Source: Leptospiraceae bacterium (lineage in GTDB: Bacteria > Spirochaetota > Leptospiria > Leptospirales > Leptonemataceae). From it: a stretch of 64,000 nt of DNA. The notes under the pieces are model-generated. The model was given only the letters and a program-made list of their open reading frames with translations, had not been told where the DNA came from and did no database searches. Position numbers and translations under genes: made by a program. Numbering within the stretch: position 1 is the first letter of the stretch; every line of letters starts with the position of its first letter. Positions 34,974 to 45,365 of this stretch are shown piece after piece. The DNA lies in contig JAOACE010000017.1 of assembly GCA_026418015.1 (NCBI GenBank), positions 7,514-71,513 on the forward strand. Direction: 5' to 3'.

Positions 34974-36953
34974 ATGGATGATTTAAATTTGCAATCGACT
35001 TGGAAAGAGAAATTATTCCACGAATCTACGTATTGGAAGATCGTAGCAATAGCCCATCTAATTAGTTCAATCTATTTTTTATTACATTATTATCTATACA
35101 ATCAGCATTTTAATTCTATATTATTTGTTTTTTCTGTTTTGTTTACCATAATAGGAACGTTTGTTTTATGGGAAATGCAATCGGTTTTTCAGAAGTTAAA
35201 ATATGTTATACTTCCTTTGTTTAGTATTCTGTTTTATCATTTGTTTTCTTATCATTTTGTTGCATTTTATCATTCTTTTAGTGTTTTAATGATTTTAATC
35301 TTAGCAGTCGAAGGCAATCTTATTTGGGTAACTTTAATCATGTATTATATTTTATTTTATTTGGGATATTACTTTAACGAATATGATCGAACTAATCTTA
35401 TCACATATTATATTTACGTAACAAATTTAACCTTCATTTCTTTTTATATGCAAAAAGTTTTAAACAAAGAAAAAAAATTCTTAATAGAAGAAGAAAAGAC
35501 AATTGATATCTTAAAGCAAGATTATAATAAAATATTAAAAGACTTTAAAGAGTTAAGTGCGAGTTCAGAACAAAATTTATTATTTTATCAAAATGTTTCG
35601 GATGATGTTGCAAATAATGCAGAAAATATTTTAAACAATACAAACGATATTAAAGAAAGAATACAAAAGCAAACAGAGAACATTCATCAGTTGAATAAAG
35701 CAATGAAAGAATTAAGCGATGGAATCCAACACACAACAGAAGAGATTGCAAAGATCGTAGAATTAGCAGAAAAATCGAGTCAAACCGCAGAGAAAGGTAG
35801 AATCGAAATAAAGAAGACGATTGATTCTCTCCACACATTAGCGGATATGGTAAAGCGATCTTCGCAAGCAACAGAAAAACTCGTACAATCTACCAATCAA
35901 ATTAATAAAATTTTAAGGACAATCGAAGAAATTGCAGAAAAAACGAACTTATTGGCATTAAATGCAGCCATCGAAGCAGCAAGAAGTGGAGAAGCAGGAA
36001 GAGGTTTTGCTGTTGTTGCAGATGAAGTTTCTAAATTAGCAGAGAGAACTCGTATAGCTGTTAGAGAAATTTCTGGTACGATTTCGGAATTACACATACA
36101 AAGCGACGAGACTTTAAAAATTATTTCTACGGGGCATGTATTAGCAGCAGATGGTATAACAATTTCCGAAAATGCAGATAAACAATTAAACGTCATTTTA
36201 AGTCAAATTCATCAAGTAACAGAGCGATTACATAGTATATCATCTATTGCAGAAGAGCAGTCTCAAAGTATTGAATTATTCGCAAATAATTTATATAATA
36301 TAAGCCAAAACATAGAAGGTAATACGAAGAACGTAGAAGAAATCTTAAAGGCTTTAATCCATTTAAAACATGATTCAGAAAGTATAAGAAAAACAGCATC
36401 CGAATTTGAACTAACAGAAGAAACCAAAGAAGAAATAGAAAAAATTGTCCAGATTGCTATGGATTTTGCTAAAGAATGTGGAAAGACATTAGAAGAAGGC
36501 GTAAAAAAAGGAATCATTTCCGAAGAAGAATTATTCGATAGAACTTATATTCCCATTCCAAATACGAATCCACAAAAATTCCATACGAAGTTTGATAGTT
36601 TTACAGATAAATATTTACAGGATGTAGAAGAAAAATATTTAGCTATGCATCCAGCGTTTGTTTTTGCAGTACTCAACGATGATCATGGATATATACCAAC
36701 TCATAATTTAAAATATTCTAAACCCCTTACAGGAAATTATGATATAGATTTGGTTGGCAACAGAACAAAACGCATTTTTGACGATACAACTGGTTTAAAA
36801 GCAGCAACAAATAAAGATAAACCCTTTTTGCTTCAATCTTATAGACGCGATACTGGGGAAATCATGCATGATATATCCGTTCCTGTGCATGTATTTGGAA
36901 AACACTGGGGCGCTGTAAGAATTGGTTTTAAATTAGATGTACTAAAAAAATAA
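34974..36953 (+). CDS. Methyl-accepting chemotaxis protein with a multi-TM N-terminus and an extra C-terminal domain
   Basis: About five N-terminal hydrophobic segments, then the signalling hairpin [41 protein letters not shown]. About 147 further residues follow the signalling domain (..[50 protein letters not shown]). Confidence 0.9.
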   Translation: MDDLNLQSTWKEKLFHESTYWKIVAIAHLISSIYFLLHYYLYNQHFNSILFVFSVLFTIIGTFVLWEMQSVFQKLKYVILPLFSILFYHLFSYHFVAFYHSFSVLMILILAVEGNLIWVTLIMYYILFYLGYYFNEYDRTNLITYYIYVTNLTFISFYMQKVLNKEKKFLIEEEKTIDILKQDYNKILKDFKELSASSEQNLLFYQNVSDDVANNAENILNNTNDIKERIQKQTENIHQLNKAMKELSDGIQHTTEEIAKIVELAEKSSQTAEKGRIEIKKTIDSLHTLADMVKRSSQATEKLVQSTNQINKILRTIEEIAEKTNLLALNAAIEAARSGEAGRGFAVVADEVSKLAERTRIAVREISGTISELHIQSDETLKIISTGHVLAADGITISENADKQLNVILSQIHQVTERLHSISSIAEEQSQSIELFANNLYNISQNIEGNTKNVEEILKALIHLKHDSESIRKTASEFELTEETKEEIEKIVQIAMDFAKECGKTLEEGVKKGIISEEELFDRTYIPIPNTNPQKFHTKFDSFTDKYLQDVEEKYLAMHPAFVFAVLNDDHGYIPTHNLKYSKPLTGNYDIDLVGNRTKRIFDDTTGLKAATNKDKPFLLQSYRRDTGEIMHDISVPVHVFGKHWGAVRIGFKLDVLKK

Positions 36954-36956
36954 TGT

Positions 36957-38864
36957 ATGGTTTCTCAAAGTTTAAAGCAAAGAATTACAGATTTTTTGAT
37001 AAAATACCCACCTTATAGTTTTATATCCGAACAAGAATTGTTAAAGTTAGCAAGTTTATCGAAAATTAGGGTTTTAAACGCGAAGGAATTTATTTTTCAC
37101 GAAGGAGAAAATCCACCAGATGAGTTTTATGTGATAAACCAAGGCTCTGTGCATCTATTGTTAGAGGATACAGGAGAAATCATCGAAGTATTGGAAGAAG
37201 GAGACACTTTTGGGATTGCAGCGTTATTAGCAAATCGGTTGTATATTTTTTCTGCACAAGCATACGAAGATACGATTTTATATGTTTTACCCTTTTCTAT
37301 TTTTAAAGAATACATCCAAAAATATCCTCGCGTATTAAGATACTTTAGTTCTGGTTTTGCACCGGGCATGCAGCAATTCAAAAAAAGAAATATCTCTTTT
37401 CAAGATATATATATGCCAAGCCTAGCTCAACATGATGAGGTTCTTGAATTAAAAATAACCAAAAATGTAATTACATGTAGTCCCGATATACAGATTAAAG
37501 ATTTAGCAAAAATCATGAAGGAAAAAAACATTGGATCTATTATTATAACAGACGAAAACAAACGCCCTATTGGAATAATTACAGATTCTGATCTCCGAAA
37601 AAAAGTCGCAACAGGAGATTTTCCCATAACTGCAAAAGCAAAAGAAATTATGAGCTCTCCGGTTTATACACTTTTGCCAAATATTTCTGCTAGCGAAGCC
37701 ATTATTCACATGATGAGTAAAAATATACGTCATTTAATACTAACAGAAGATGGCACACCCAATACACCCATTGTTGGCATTGTCTCAGAACATGATGTAT
37801 TAGTACTACATGGTAATAATCCTGCGGTTCTAGTAAAAGAAATCCAAAATACAGAGGATTCGCGAAAGTTATCTTTATTAAGATCCAGAGCAGATAAATT
37901 ATTAAAAGATTATATTGATCAAGAAGTTTCTATTCAATTTGTTGCTAATACGATTTCGGAGATTAACGATGCATTGATCAAAAAAGCTATTGATATCAGT
38001 ATAAAAAGACTAGAAGAAGAAGGTATAAAAAAACCAGAGGTTTCTTTTGCGTGGTTATCCTTAGGAAGCGAAGGAAGAAAGGAACAATTATTAAAAACAG
38101 ATCAAGATAATGCAATTGTTTACGAAGATCCTCCAGAAAACTTACAAGAAGAAGTTCGCAATTATTTTTTAAAATTGGGAAACTCTGTGAATAAAATATT
38201 AGTCGAAGCAGGTTTTTCTGAATGTCCAGCAGATATAATGGCCAAAAATCCAAAATGGTGTCAGCCTTTACAAAAATGGAAAGAATATTTTAAAACGTGG
38301 ATGGAAATACCAGACGAAAAAAATGTGATGCAAACTACAATTTTTTTTGATTTTCGCGCTGTCTATGGAAACAAAAATTTGGCAGAAGAACTAAAAAAAT
38401 ATATTTATCAATTAAAAAATCCTTTATTTCTGGGCCTTTTGGCAAAGAGTGCTGTTTCTAACCCCCCACCACTGAATTTCTTTCGAAACCTTATTGTCGA
38501 AAAGTCTGGCGAACATAAAGATGAATTCGATTTAAAAGCAAGATGCACGATGCCGTTAATTGATGCAGCAAGGGTATTATGTTTAGAACACGAAGCATTA
38601 GATGTACATTCAACCATAGAAAGATACCAAAAATTGATGGAATTAGAGCCAGAGAATAAGCAAGTTTATCAGTCTGCGATTGAATCTTTTTCTGTTTATC
38701 TAAGATTTCGAACTATGCAGGGTTTAAAGCATGGAGATTCAGGAAGATACATCAAACTAGAAGAGCTAACAAAATTAGAAAAGCAATTGTTAAAAAATAC
38801 ATTTTCTGCTATCGAAGAAGTACAAAAGATCTTAAAAGCTCAATTTAAATTAGATAATTTATGA
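36957..38864 (+). CDS. cNMP-binding + tandem CBS + DUF294 nucleotidyltransferase (with DUF294_C) signal-transduction protein
   Basis: cNMP barrel (FIFHEGENPPDEFYVINQGSV, FGIAALL). Two CBS motifs (IGSIIITDENKRPIGIITDSDL; IRHLILTEDG..IVGIVSEHDV). NTase core (LSLGSEGRKEQLLKTDQDNAIVYE). Helical C-terminal domain. Confidence 0.85.
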   Translation: MVSQSLKQRITDFLIKYPPYSFISEQELLKLASLSKIRVLNAKEFIFHEGENPPDEFYVINQGSVHLLLEDTGEIIEVLEEGDTFGIAALLANRLYIFSAQAYEDTILYVLPFSIFKEYIQKYPRVLRYFSSGFAPGMQQFKKRNISFQDIYMPSLAQHDEVLELKITKNVITCSPDIQIKDLAKIMKEKNIGSIIITDENKRPIGIITDSDLRKKVATGDFPITAKAKEIMSSPVYTLLPNISASEAIIHMMSKNIRHLILTEDGTPNTPIVGIVSEHDVLVLHGNNPAVLVKEIQNTEDSRKLSLLRSRADKLLKDYIDQEVSIQFVANTISEINDALIKKAIDISIKRLEEEGIKKPEVSFAWLSLGSEGRKEQLLKTDQDNAIVYEDPPENLQEEVRNYFLKLGNSVNKILVEAGFSECPADIMAKNPKWCQPLQKWKEYFKTWMEIPDEKNVMQTTIFFDFRAVYGNKNLAEELKKYIYQLKNPLFLGLLAKSAVSNPPPLNFFRNLIVEKSGEHKDEFDLKARCTMPLIDAARVLCLEHEALDVHSTIERYQKLMELEPENKQVYQSAIESFSVYLRFRTMQGLKHGDSGRYIKLEELTKLEKQLLKNTFSAIEEVQKILKAQFKLDNL

Positions 38865-39574
38865 AATGGATCGATAGAATTAAATGTTTGTATTGGGAAT
38901 CGAAATTCTGTAATAATAAAAATTATTCTATTGCACTATGCAATTATCTACAAACAATAAAACATCAGAAATATTACAAAGATCCTTATAAAAATCGTTT
39001 TGTTGTTTTAGATACAGAAACAACAGGGTTAGATTATAGAAAAGATCGTGTCATTTCTTTTGGTGGAATTCGTATAGAAAATTTAGAAATAAATATAAGT
39101 GATTCTTTAGAGATGATCATAAAAACAGAAACTGCGGGGGATAAAGAGACTATTGCTGTCCATGGAATAAGGAATGTTGATGCTCAAGCTGGCGAAGAGC
39201 GAAAATTATTTTTCGAAAAACTATTGTATTATTTACAAGGAGATATACTTGTAGGACATCATGTAATGTTCGATAAAAACATACTATCAAACAACATGAA
39301 GGAATATTTCCCCATTACTTTGTTAAATCCTGTAATAGATACTTTGGATTTAGCAGTGTATTACGAACAATTATTAACAAGTAAAAATCTATATGCAGAC
39401 GAAGTAATTAAAAAAGATTTTTCTTTGGATAAATTAATCGAACGTTATAACATAAAAGCAAGTGGGAGACATACATCAATAGGAGATGCATTAATTACTG
39501 CGGAACTATTTTTAAAACTTGTAAAAAAGCTATCGACGAGAAAAGGTTTTAATATCTTAGGATTTATAAAATAA
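38861..39574 (+). CDS. DEDDh 3'-5' exonuclease (DNA polymerase III epsilon-like domain protein)
   Basis: Exo I VVLDTETTGL, Exo II LVGHHVMFDKNIL, Exo III HTSIGDALITAELF. The ATG overlaps the upstream TGA (ATGA). Confidence 0.85.
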   Translation: MKWIDRIKCLYWESKFCNNKNYSIALCNYLQTIKHQKYYKDPYKNRFVVLDTETTGLDYRKDRVISFGGIRIENLEINISDSLEMIIKTETAGDKETIAVHGIRNVDAQAGEERKLFFEKLLYYLQGDILVGHHVMFDKNILSNNMKEYFPITLLNPVIDTLDLAVYYEQLLTSKNLYADEVIKKDFSLDKLIERYNIKASGRHTSIGDALITAELFLKLVKKLSTRKGFNILGFIK

Positions 39575-39588
39575 CGTTGATTTTTTGG

Positions 39589-39617
39589 TTGACTTTTCTA
39601 ATCAGTAAAAATATTTT
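39589..39617 (+). promoter_or_regulatory. Candidate sigma70-type promoter of the second acs gene
   Basis: TTGACT (39589-39594), 17 nt, then TATTTT (39612-39617). This would give a leader of about 100 nt. Confidence 0.3.
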
Positions 39618-39725
39618 ATTTTATTAAATATTAAATTTCAAATTATTTTTTATGCATTATTTATAAATAGAATTTATAAAATGATTTAGCACTAATTTAT
39701 TTAATTTATTTAAAGGAGAGAGAGT

Positions 39726-41651
39726 ATGGATGGACAAACACTCGAGAAAAAGAAAACCATTGATGCATTAACTGCTCAGAAAGAGGTTGTAATTGAACCA
39801 CCAGAATTTCTGAGACAGAATGCGATGATACAGGATTATGATTCTGTTTATCTTTATTCAATCACTCAACCAGAAAAATTCTGGGGAAGCATTGCAAACG
39901 AATTGGTGTGGTTTAAGAAATGGGATAAGGTATTAGAGTTCAACATGCCTTATCACAAATGGTTTATAAACGGAAAAACGAATATTACTGTTAATGCATT
40001 GGATAGACATGTAACAGGTAATAATCGAACCAATCGAAATCGCGTTGCACTAATTTGGATGTCAGAAACTGGCGAAGAGGTTTTAGTGACTTATGATCGA
40101 CTCTTGCGTAGGGTAAATCAAGTGGCAAATGGTTTAAAAAGTTTAGGTGTAAAAAAAGGTGATAGAGTAATCATTTACATGCCTTTAACATTACAAGGTA
40201 TCTATACAATGTTAGCATGTGCAAGGATTGGTGCTATTCATTCTGTTGTATATGCAGGTATGGGGGTTCAAGCTTTAAGAAGTAGGATAGAAGATTCCCG
40301 AGCAAAAATTGTCGTATGTTCAGATGTAACTTATCGCGCAGGCAAAGTTGTTCCTCTTAAAGGTATAGTAGATCAAGCTGTGGAAGATCTTGATTATGTA
40401 GAAAAAATTATCGTTCATAGAAGACAAAAGCCACCAATAGAGTTAGCATACGAAAGAGAAATGGATTTCGAAGAATGGATGAATAATCAACCTCAATGGT
40501 GTGAACCAGAAGTGATGGATGCAGAAGATCCTTTATTTATCTTATATACAAGTGGTACTACGGGAAAGCCAAAGGGGGTTGTTCACGTCCATGGTGGTTA
40601 CATGGTGGGTACATATTATTTATCTCGAGCATTTTATGATATAAAAGATGGGGATATTTTTTGGAGTACTTCTGATATTGGTTGGATTGTTGGACATAGT
40701 TATATTGTATATGGACCATTAGTAGCAGGAGCAACAGTTCTTGCACGCGAAGGTGCTATAAATTATCCCGATCCTGGAATTGTTTGGAAAATTGTAGAAA
40801 GACACGGTGTTAATCTTATGTTTACAGCACCTACTGCTATTCGTATGTTTATGAGATTTGGAGAAGAATATGTAAAAAAATACGATACGTCTTCTTTAAG
40901 ACTTTTAGCATCCGCAGGTGAGCCATTGAATCCAGAAGCTCATATGTGGGCTCAAAAACACATTGTAAAAGATCATGGAATGGTCGTAGATAACTTCTGG
41001 CAAACCGAAGTTGCATCTCCTATCATTGGAACATTGCCTTCTATGAAAGCGAAATTAGGAAAAGCAGGAAAACCCATGCCAGGAATCGTAGCAGAAGTAG
41101 TAGACCCCGAAGGCAATAAAGTACCTCCTAATAAAGGTGGTTTGTTGGTAATAAGAAAACCAGTGCCCTATATGTTAAGGACGGTATGGAACAATGATGA
41201 ACGCTATCGAGAATACTGGAATTATATCCCAGGTGTTTATTCTTGTGGGGATGTTTCTTTCTATGACGAAGAAGGATATTTTGCAGTATTAGGTAGAGCT
41301 GATGATGTTATGAATGTTGCTGGTCATAGAATTGGAACTGCGGAAGTAGAAAGTGCATTTGTTTCTCATCCAGCTGTAGCAGAAGCTGCTGTTATTGGAT
41401 TACCAGACGAAGTAAAAGGAGAAAGAATTAAAGGCTTTATTGTTCTAAAACCTGGTCATGAGCCATCCGAAAACTTAAAAGCGATTTTAAAAGATCATGT
41501 AAGAAGAGAATTAGGTCCTATAGCAACACCATCAGAAATTGAATTTAGAGAAAATTTGCCCAAGACAAGAAGTGGTAAAATCGTTCGACGTTTGTTAAAA
41601 GCCCAAGAGTTAGGCGAAGATCCAGGCGATTTATCAACCCTCGAAGAATAA
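39726..41651 (+). CDS. acs: Acetyl-CoA synthetase / acyl-CoA synthetase (AMP-forming), second divergent copy
   Basis: Full length, 641 aa: [86 protein letters not shown]. Confidence 0.92.
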   Translation: MDGQTLEKKKTIDALTAQKEVVIEPPEFLRQNAMIQDYDSVYLYSITQPEKFWGSIANELVWFKKWDKVLEFNMPYHKWFINGKTNITVNALDRHVTGNNRTNRNRVALIWMSETGEEVLVTYDRLLRRVNQVANGLKSLGVKKGDRVIIYMPLTLQGIYTMLACARIGAIHSVVYAGMGVQALRSRIEDSRAKIVVCSDVTYRAGKVVPLKGIVDQAVEDLDYVEKIIVHRRQKPPIELAYEREMDFEEWMNNQPQWCEPEVMDAEDPLFILYTSGTTGKPKGVVHVHGGYMVGTYYLSRAFYDIKDGDIFWSTSDIGWIVGHSYIVYGPLVAGATVLAREGAINYPDPGIVWKIVERHGVNLMFTAPTAIRMFMRFGEEYVKKYDTSSLRLLASAGEPLNPEAHMWAQKHIVKDHGMVVDNFWQTEVASPIIGTLPSMKAKLGKAGKPMPGIVAEVVDPEGNKVPPNKGGLLVIRKPVPYMLRTVWNNDERYREYWNYIPGVYSCGDVSFYDEEGYFAVLGRADDVMNVAGHRIGTAEVESAFVSHPAVAEAAVIGLPDEVKGERIKGFIVLKPGHEPSENLKAILKDHVRRELGPIATPSEIEFRENLPKTRSGKIVRRLLKAQELGEDPGDLSTLEE

Positions 41652-41658
41652 ATCAAAT

Positions 41659-41678
41659 GGCTGGTATAAATGCCAGCC
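41659..41678. terminator. Bidirectional terminator hairpin between acs and the convergent HAD gene
   Basis: GGCTGG (41659-41664) / CCAGCC (41673-41678), followed by TTATCTTTATTT on the plus strand. Confidence 0.65.
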
Positions 41679-41684
41679 TTATCT

Positions 41685-42359
41685 TTATTTAGAATTGATC
41701 ACATGCAGCAACTGCTTTAAAGAATAAAAGTTTTTAATGGAATATTCAGGCAATAAACCATTTAATCGTCCATATCCATATATTGCAAAAACAGAAGCAA
41801 CACCAGCAGATTTTGCTGCTTGAATATCTGTGTAATGGTCTCCAATCATCAAAACTTCTTGGTTAAAAAATCCCCAATCTTTTTGAATTTTTGTTATGCC
41901 TTCTGGGTTGGGTTTTTTGTAAATTTCTATGTCGCCAGAAAAAATGTGCGAAAAGTATTTTTTTATCTTTAAATGTTCGATTATCTTATTGGTAAAATAT
42001 TCAGATTTATTAGTTAAAATCGCGAATTTATAAATTTCAGAATTTTGTTGTAGAAATTCTTCGACTCCAAAATAAGTGGTGGTATGATGAATACAGTTTG
42101 TATCGTAATGTTCTAAGAAATATTTTAAACACTCTTCTTTTAGTGATTGTGCTTTTTCGTCTTTAAGATTTAGATGGTTGATAGAATTTTCTATCAAAGA
42201 GCGCATTCCATTCCCCACAAAATTTTTTACAATTTCTGGTGGATAAGTTTCTAACCCAACTTTTTGAAGTGCATAGTTTACACTTTCTGTTAGATCCATT
42301 AAGGAATCTATCAATGTCCCATCTAAATCGAAGATAATGCCTTTGATTTTTTGAGCCAT
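41685..42359 (-). CDS. HAD-superfamily hydrolase (phosphoglycolate phosphatase-like)
   Basis: Motif I IIFDLDGTLIDS, motif II ILTNK, motif III/IV K..P....GD...D (YKKPNPEG; MIGDHYTDIQAA). Confidence 0.8.
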   Translation of the reverse strand: MAQKIKGIIFDLDGTLIDSLMDLTESVNYALQKVGLETYPPEIVKNFVGNGMRSLIENSINHLNLKDEKAQSLKEECLKYFLEHYDTNCIHHTTTYFGVEEFLQQNSEIYKFAILTNKSEYFTNKIIEHLKIKKYFSHIFSGDIEIYKKPNPEGITKIQKDWGFFNQEVLMIGDHYTDIQAAKSAGVASVFAIYGYGRLNGLLPEYSIKNFYSLKQLLHVINSK

Positions 42360-42365
42360 CTAACT

Positions 42366-43496
42366 TTATTTCGCGAAAGGTCTTAATTCATCGATAGTTT
42401 TTAATTCTATCTTCATCTCTTGTAATGCATAATGCATCCGATCAAATTCATCTGGAGTTACTTCACTTAAAATTTGATCTCGCAATTCTAGAATAGAATT
42501 TTCTGAATTCGGATCGAGTTGGAATCCATTTAAATAAATCATTTTGATGGTTTCGTAAGTCGATGATCCTTTTACGTTTAAATAACCAGAAACAAATAAG
42601 GAATTTGCTACTTTTAACCCTAAATGTTGCTTTTCTTTTAAATATAATTCTCTTCCAGCAGCCATTCGAATTTCTGCTTTAGGATTCATCAACCGAAACA
42701 ATGATAAAATTTTTAAACATTCTTCGCTAGTAAGTTCTTTGTAGTTTTTTATATTATGTCCTGGAACTGGAATAAAAAAATTAACGGGAATAGATTCTGC
42801 TTTGTGTTGGTTTAATTCTAATCCTACTTCGATCAAATCTTCGATACTTTCGCCCATACCAGCAATCACACCGCTACACAATCCAATATGATTTTCCGAG
42901 AGATATTCTAATGTTTGTTTTCTATCTTCGTATGTGTGAGTTGTTGTAATTTCTGGGTAAAACCTTCGCGATGTGTTTAAATTATGGTTATAGCGATCTA
43001 ACCCAGCTTCTTGTAAAATTTTTGCTGCTTCTGGATCTTTTACAATGCCTGCGCTTAAACATACCTTAATGTTTATATCTTGGATAATTTTTTTGATAAT
43101 TTCTGCATATTTTTCTGCCATTTTTGCATTGATACCCGTACCAGCGGTTACGAGGCAATATCGATAAGCTCCATTTTGTTTTGCTAATTGTGCTTCTTTT
43201 AGAATTTCTTCTTCGCTTTTTAAAGAATATGTGGGTATATTGGAAGCAGTTTTTCTTTGTGCACAATATCCACAATCTTCTGCACAATTGCCATTTCGAA
43301 TATTGTTAATGATGTGTACTAAAACATAGTTTTTAAAATAAAATTTTCTTAAATGTCCTGCAAGAAACAGTAAATCCTTCGCAGAATATTCGTACAAATT
43401 TTTAGCTTCGTCAAAATCTACAAGTGATTGGGGATTTTCTGGATCATATTTGATTCGATCGAACATTCTTTCGTAAATGATTTTATACAATGACAT
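42366..43496 (-). CDS. bioB: Biotin synthase (radical SAM)
   Basis: CAEDCGYCAQ radical-SAM cluster motif, YNHNLNTS, TYEDRKQTL, LCSGVIAGMGES, IPVNFFIPVPG, RMAAGRE, ANSLFVSGYL. The N- and C-termini are somewhat longer than in classical BioB. Confidence 0.88.
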   Translation of the reverse strand: MSLYKIIYERMFDRIKYDPENPQSLVDFDEAKNLYEYSAKDLLFLAGHLRKFYFKNYVLVHIINNIRNGNCAEDCGYCAQRKTASNIPTYSLKSEEEILKEAQLAKQNGAYRYCLVTAGTGINAKMAEKYAEIIKKIIQDINIKVCLSAGIVKDPEAAKILQEAGLDRYNHNLNTSRRFYPEITTTHTYEDRKQTLEYLSENHIGLCSGVIAGMGESIEDLIEVGLELNQHKAESIPVNFFIPVPGHNIKNYKELTSEECLKILSLFRLMNPKAEIRMAAGRELYLKEKQHLGLKVANSLFVSGYLNVKGSSTYETIKMIYLNGFQLDPNSENSILELRDQILSEVTPDEFDRMHYALQEMKIELKTIDELRPFAK

Positions 43497-43557
43497 ATCA
43501 TTACCCTTTAATTATACATTTTTTTTTCTTTACGTAAAAAGAAAACTCTAATATTTT

Positions 43558-45129
43558 TTATTGTTGAATCAACTTTTCTATTTCTTTAGATAAAGAGTTT
43601 AGCTTTTCTATATTTTCGCTTAATTCTTGGGATTTTTGTGTTAGTTCCATGATCCCTTTTTCCATGTTTGCTATGGTCTTATTGATAGAATCTGTACTGT
43701 GGGTTTGTTCTTTAGAAATTTCTTCTACTTCTTTACTAAGTTTATGGATTTTATCGAGAGAATTGAGTAATGTTTGGTTTAATTCAATTTGTTCCGAAAT
43801 TCTGGATCTTAATTCGCTAAAAAATGCTACTACTTTTTTAAATTGTTCAAACTGATTTTGGATTTGGTTTTTAGTAAAATCTGTACTTTTGGAACCTTTT
43901 TCTATAAAAGAACCGCTATTCTTAATAATTTTGTTAATGGCTTTTGCATTTTCTAAACTACTTTCTGCTAAACGATTGATTTCTTGTGCAACAACAGCAA
44001 ATCCTTTCCCGTGTTCACCAGCTCTTGCAGCTTCTATGGAAGCATTTAAAGAAAGTAAATTAGTTCTATCTGCGATTTCGTTAATGATCGATGTCGTTTC
44101 TAATACTTCATTGAAGGATTTTTTTATTTCGTTCATAATATCGAACAAACTTTGTATTGCATTTTGAACTTCCGTAGATTCTTTTTCGGTTTTTAGAATT
44201 TCTTTGCTGAGTGTATCTAATGAATGTTCTAGGGATTGTATACCATTAAGTAATTTATTGTTGATGTTTTGAATTGCTTGTATTTCTTTATACATATTTG
44301 TGATTAATTCACTCGACTTTAAAGATGTACTTGCTAATTCTTCTATGGTTGCAGAAATTTCTTCTATTGAAGAAACTTCTTCTTGCATTTGTTTATTAAA
44401 CTCCATCATAAAGTTATAGATGTTGTGAATGTTCAAATTCAAATCTTTGGAGATTTTGCTCATATCGTGGTAGAACCATTTCATTTTCGAAAGACTTTCT
44501 CGAATCTCTTTGTTTTGGGATTGTAATTTTAATGCGTATTCTTTAAACATAGTTTTTATCCGATATACCATAAAGCAAATCATCGAATAGAATAGAATCA
44601 ATAAAACTGGTGTGGATAAATTGACTCCCGTAGGCTGAACTGTTCTTTCGCGATTTAAAGAAAAATCCACTCCTACTTGATAAGAAATAAAAGTCAAAAG
44701 TAGCAAAGCAATAATAACATAAAAATTTATCCAGAGAATAAATTTTCGCGTAAAATCGTAGAAGGACATTCCAAATAACGAAAATATAGGAATGATAAGC
44801 AAACTTGGGTTTTTCCATATAATAGCTGCATTGAGTGCAGATTGATGGGCAATTAGGCTATAAACAAGAAATATTATGGTAATATCGAATAAAAAGATAA
44901 AATAATGTATTTTATTGCTAAGAATTTTTTTTGTTAAATAATAATGATAAATTCCAAAAATTAAAAAAAATATAAAAATTCCTAAACTATATAATAATAT
45001 TTCTATCCACAATAGCGATTTTATATTCGTTAAAAAATATAATAAATATAATCCATTTAGAAAATAACGAATATAAACATAACCGATGGGGCCAAAGTTG
45101 ATTTTCGAATCAAATTTTAGGGATTCCAT
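43558..45129 (-). CDS. Methyl-accepting chemotaxis protein with a multi-TM N-terminus
   Basis: Six hydrophobic N-terminal segments and no obvious periplasmic domain. Signalling hairpin [41 protein letters not shown]. Confidence 0.9.
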   Translation of the reverse strand: MESLKFDSKINFGPIGYVYIRYFLNGLYLLYFLTNIKSLLWIEILLYSLGIFIFFLIFGIYHYYLTKKILSNKIHYFIFLFDITIIFLVYSLIAHQSALNAAIIWKNPSLLIIPIFSLFGMSFYDFTRKFILWINFYVIIALLLLTFISYQVGVDFSLNRERTVQPTGVNLSTPVLLILFYSMICFMVYRIKTMFKEYALKLQSQNKEIRESLSKMKWFYHDMSKISKDLNLNIHNIYNFMMEFNKQMQEEVSSIEEISATIEELASTSLKSSELITNMYKEIQAIQNINNKLLNGIQSLEHSLDTLSKEILKTEKESTEVQNAIQSLFDIMNEIKKSFNEVLETTSIINEIADRTNLLSLNASIEAARAGEHGKGFAVVAQEINRLAESSLENAKAINKIIKNSGSFIEKGSKSTDFTKNQIQNQFEQFKKVVAFFSELRSRISEQIELNQTLLNSLDKIHKLSKEVEEISKEQTHSTDSINKTIANMEKGIMELTQKSQELSENIEKLNSLSKEIEKLIQQ

Positions 45130-45214
45130 ATCGTAGCCTCGTTAAATGTTTTTTTATAGTTTTTCGATCATTGAATTAAATTGTCAATTCCGATTTTCTT
45201 TATGGATTAAATTT

Positions 45215-45230
45215 TTGACATAAAAGTCAA
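45215..45230. promoter_or_regulatory. 16-bp inverted repeat TTGACATAAAAGTCAA in the divergent MCP/hppA control region
   Basis: The arms TTGAC (45215-45219) and GTCAA (45226-45230) are separated by 6 nt. This is the same TTGAY-N6-RTCAA geometry as the palindrome at 32025-32040. Confidence 0.35.
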
Positions 45231-45365
45231 TAATTATTAAAAAAATTATAGTTTTTGGGAATCAAATAAAAATTGACACAGCGTATTAAAATTATTTTTT
45301 GCCATTAAGTATTATATAAAATTATTGAATTTCGTTAAATAAAAAACTTTCACAAGGAGAAAATT

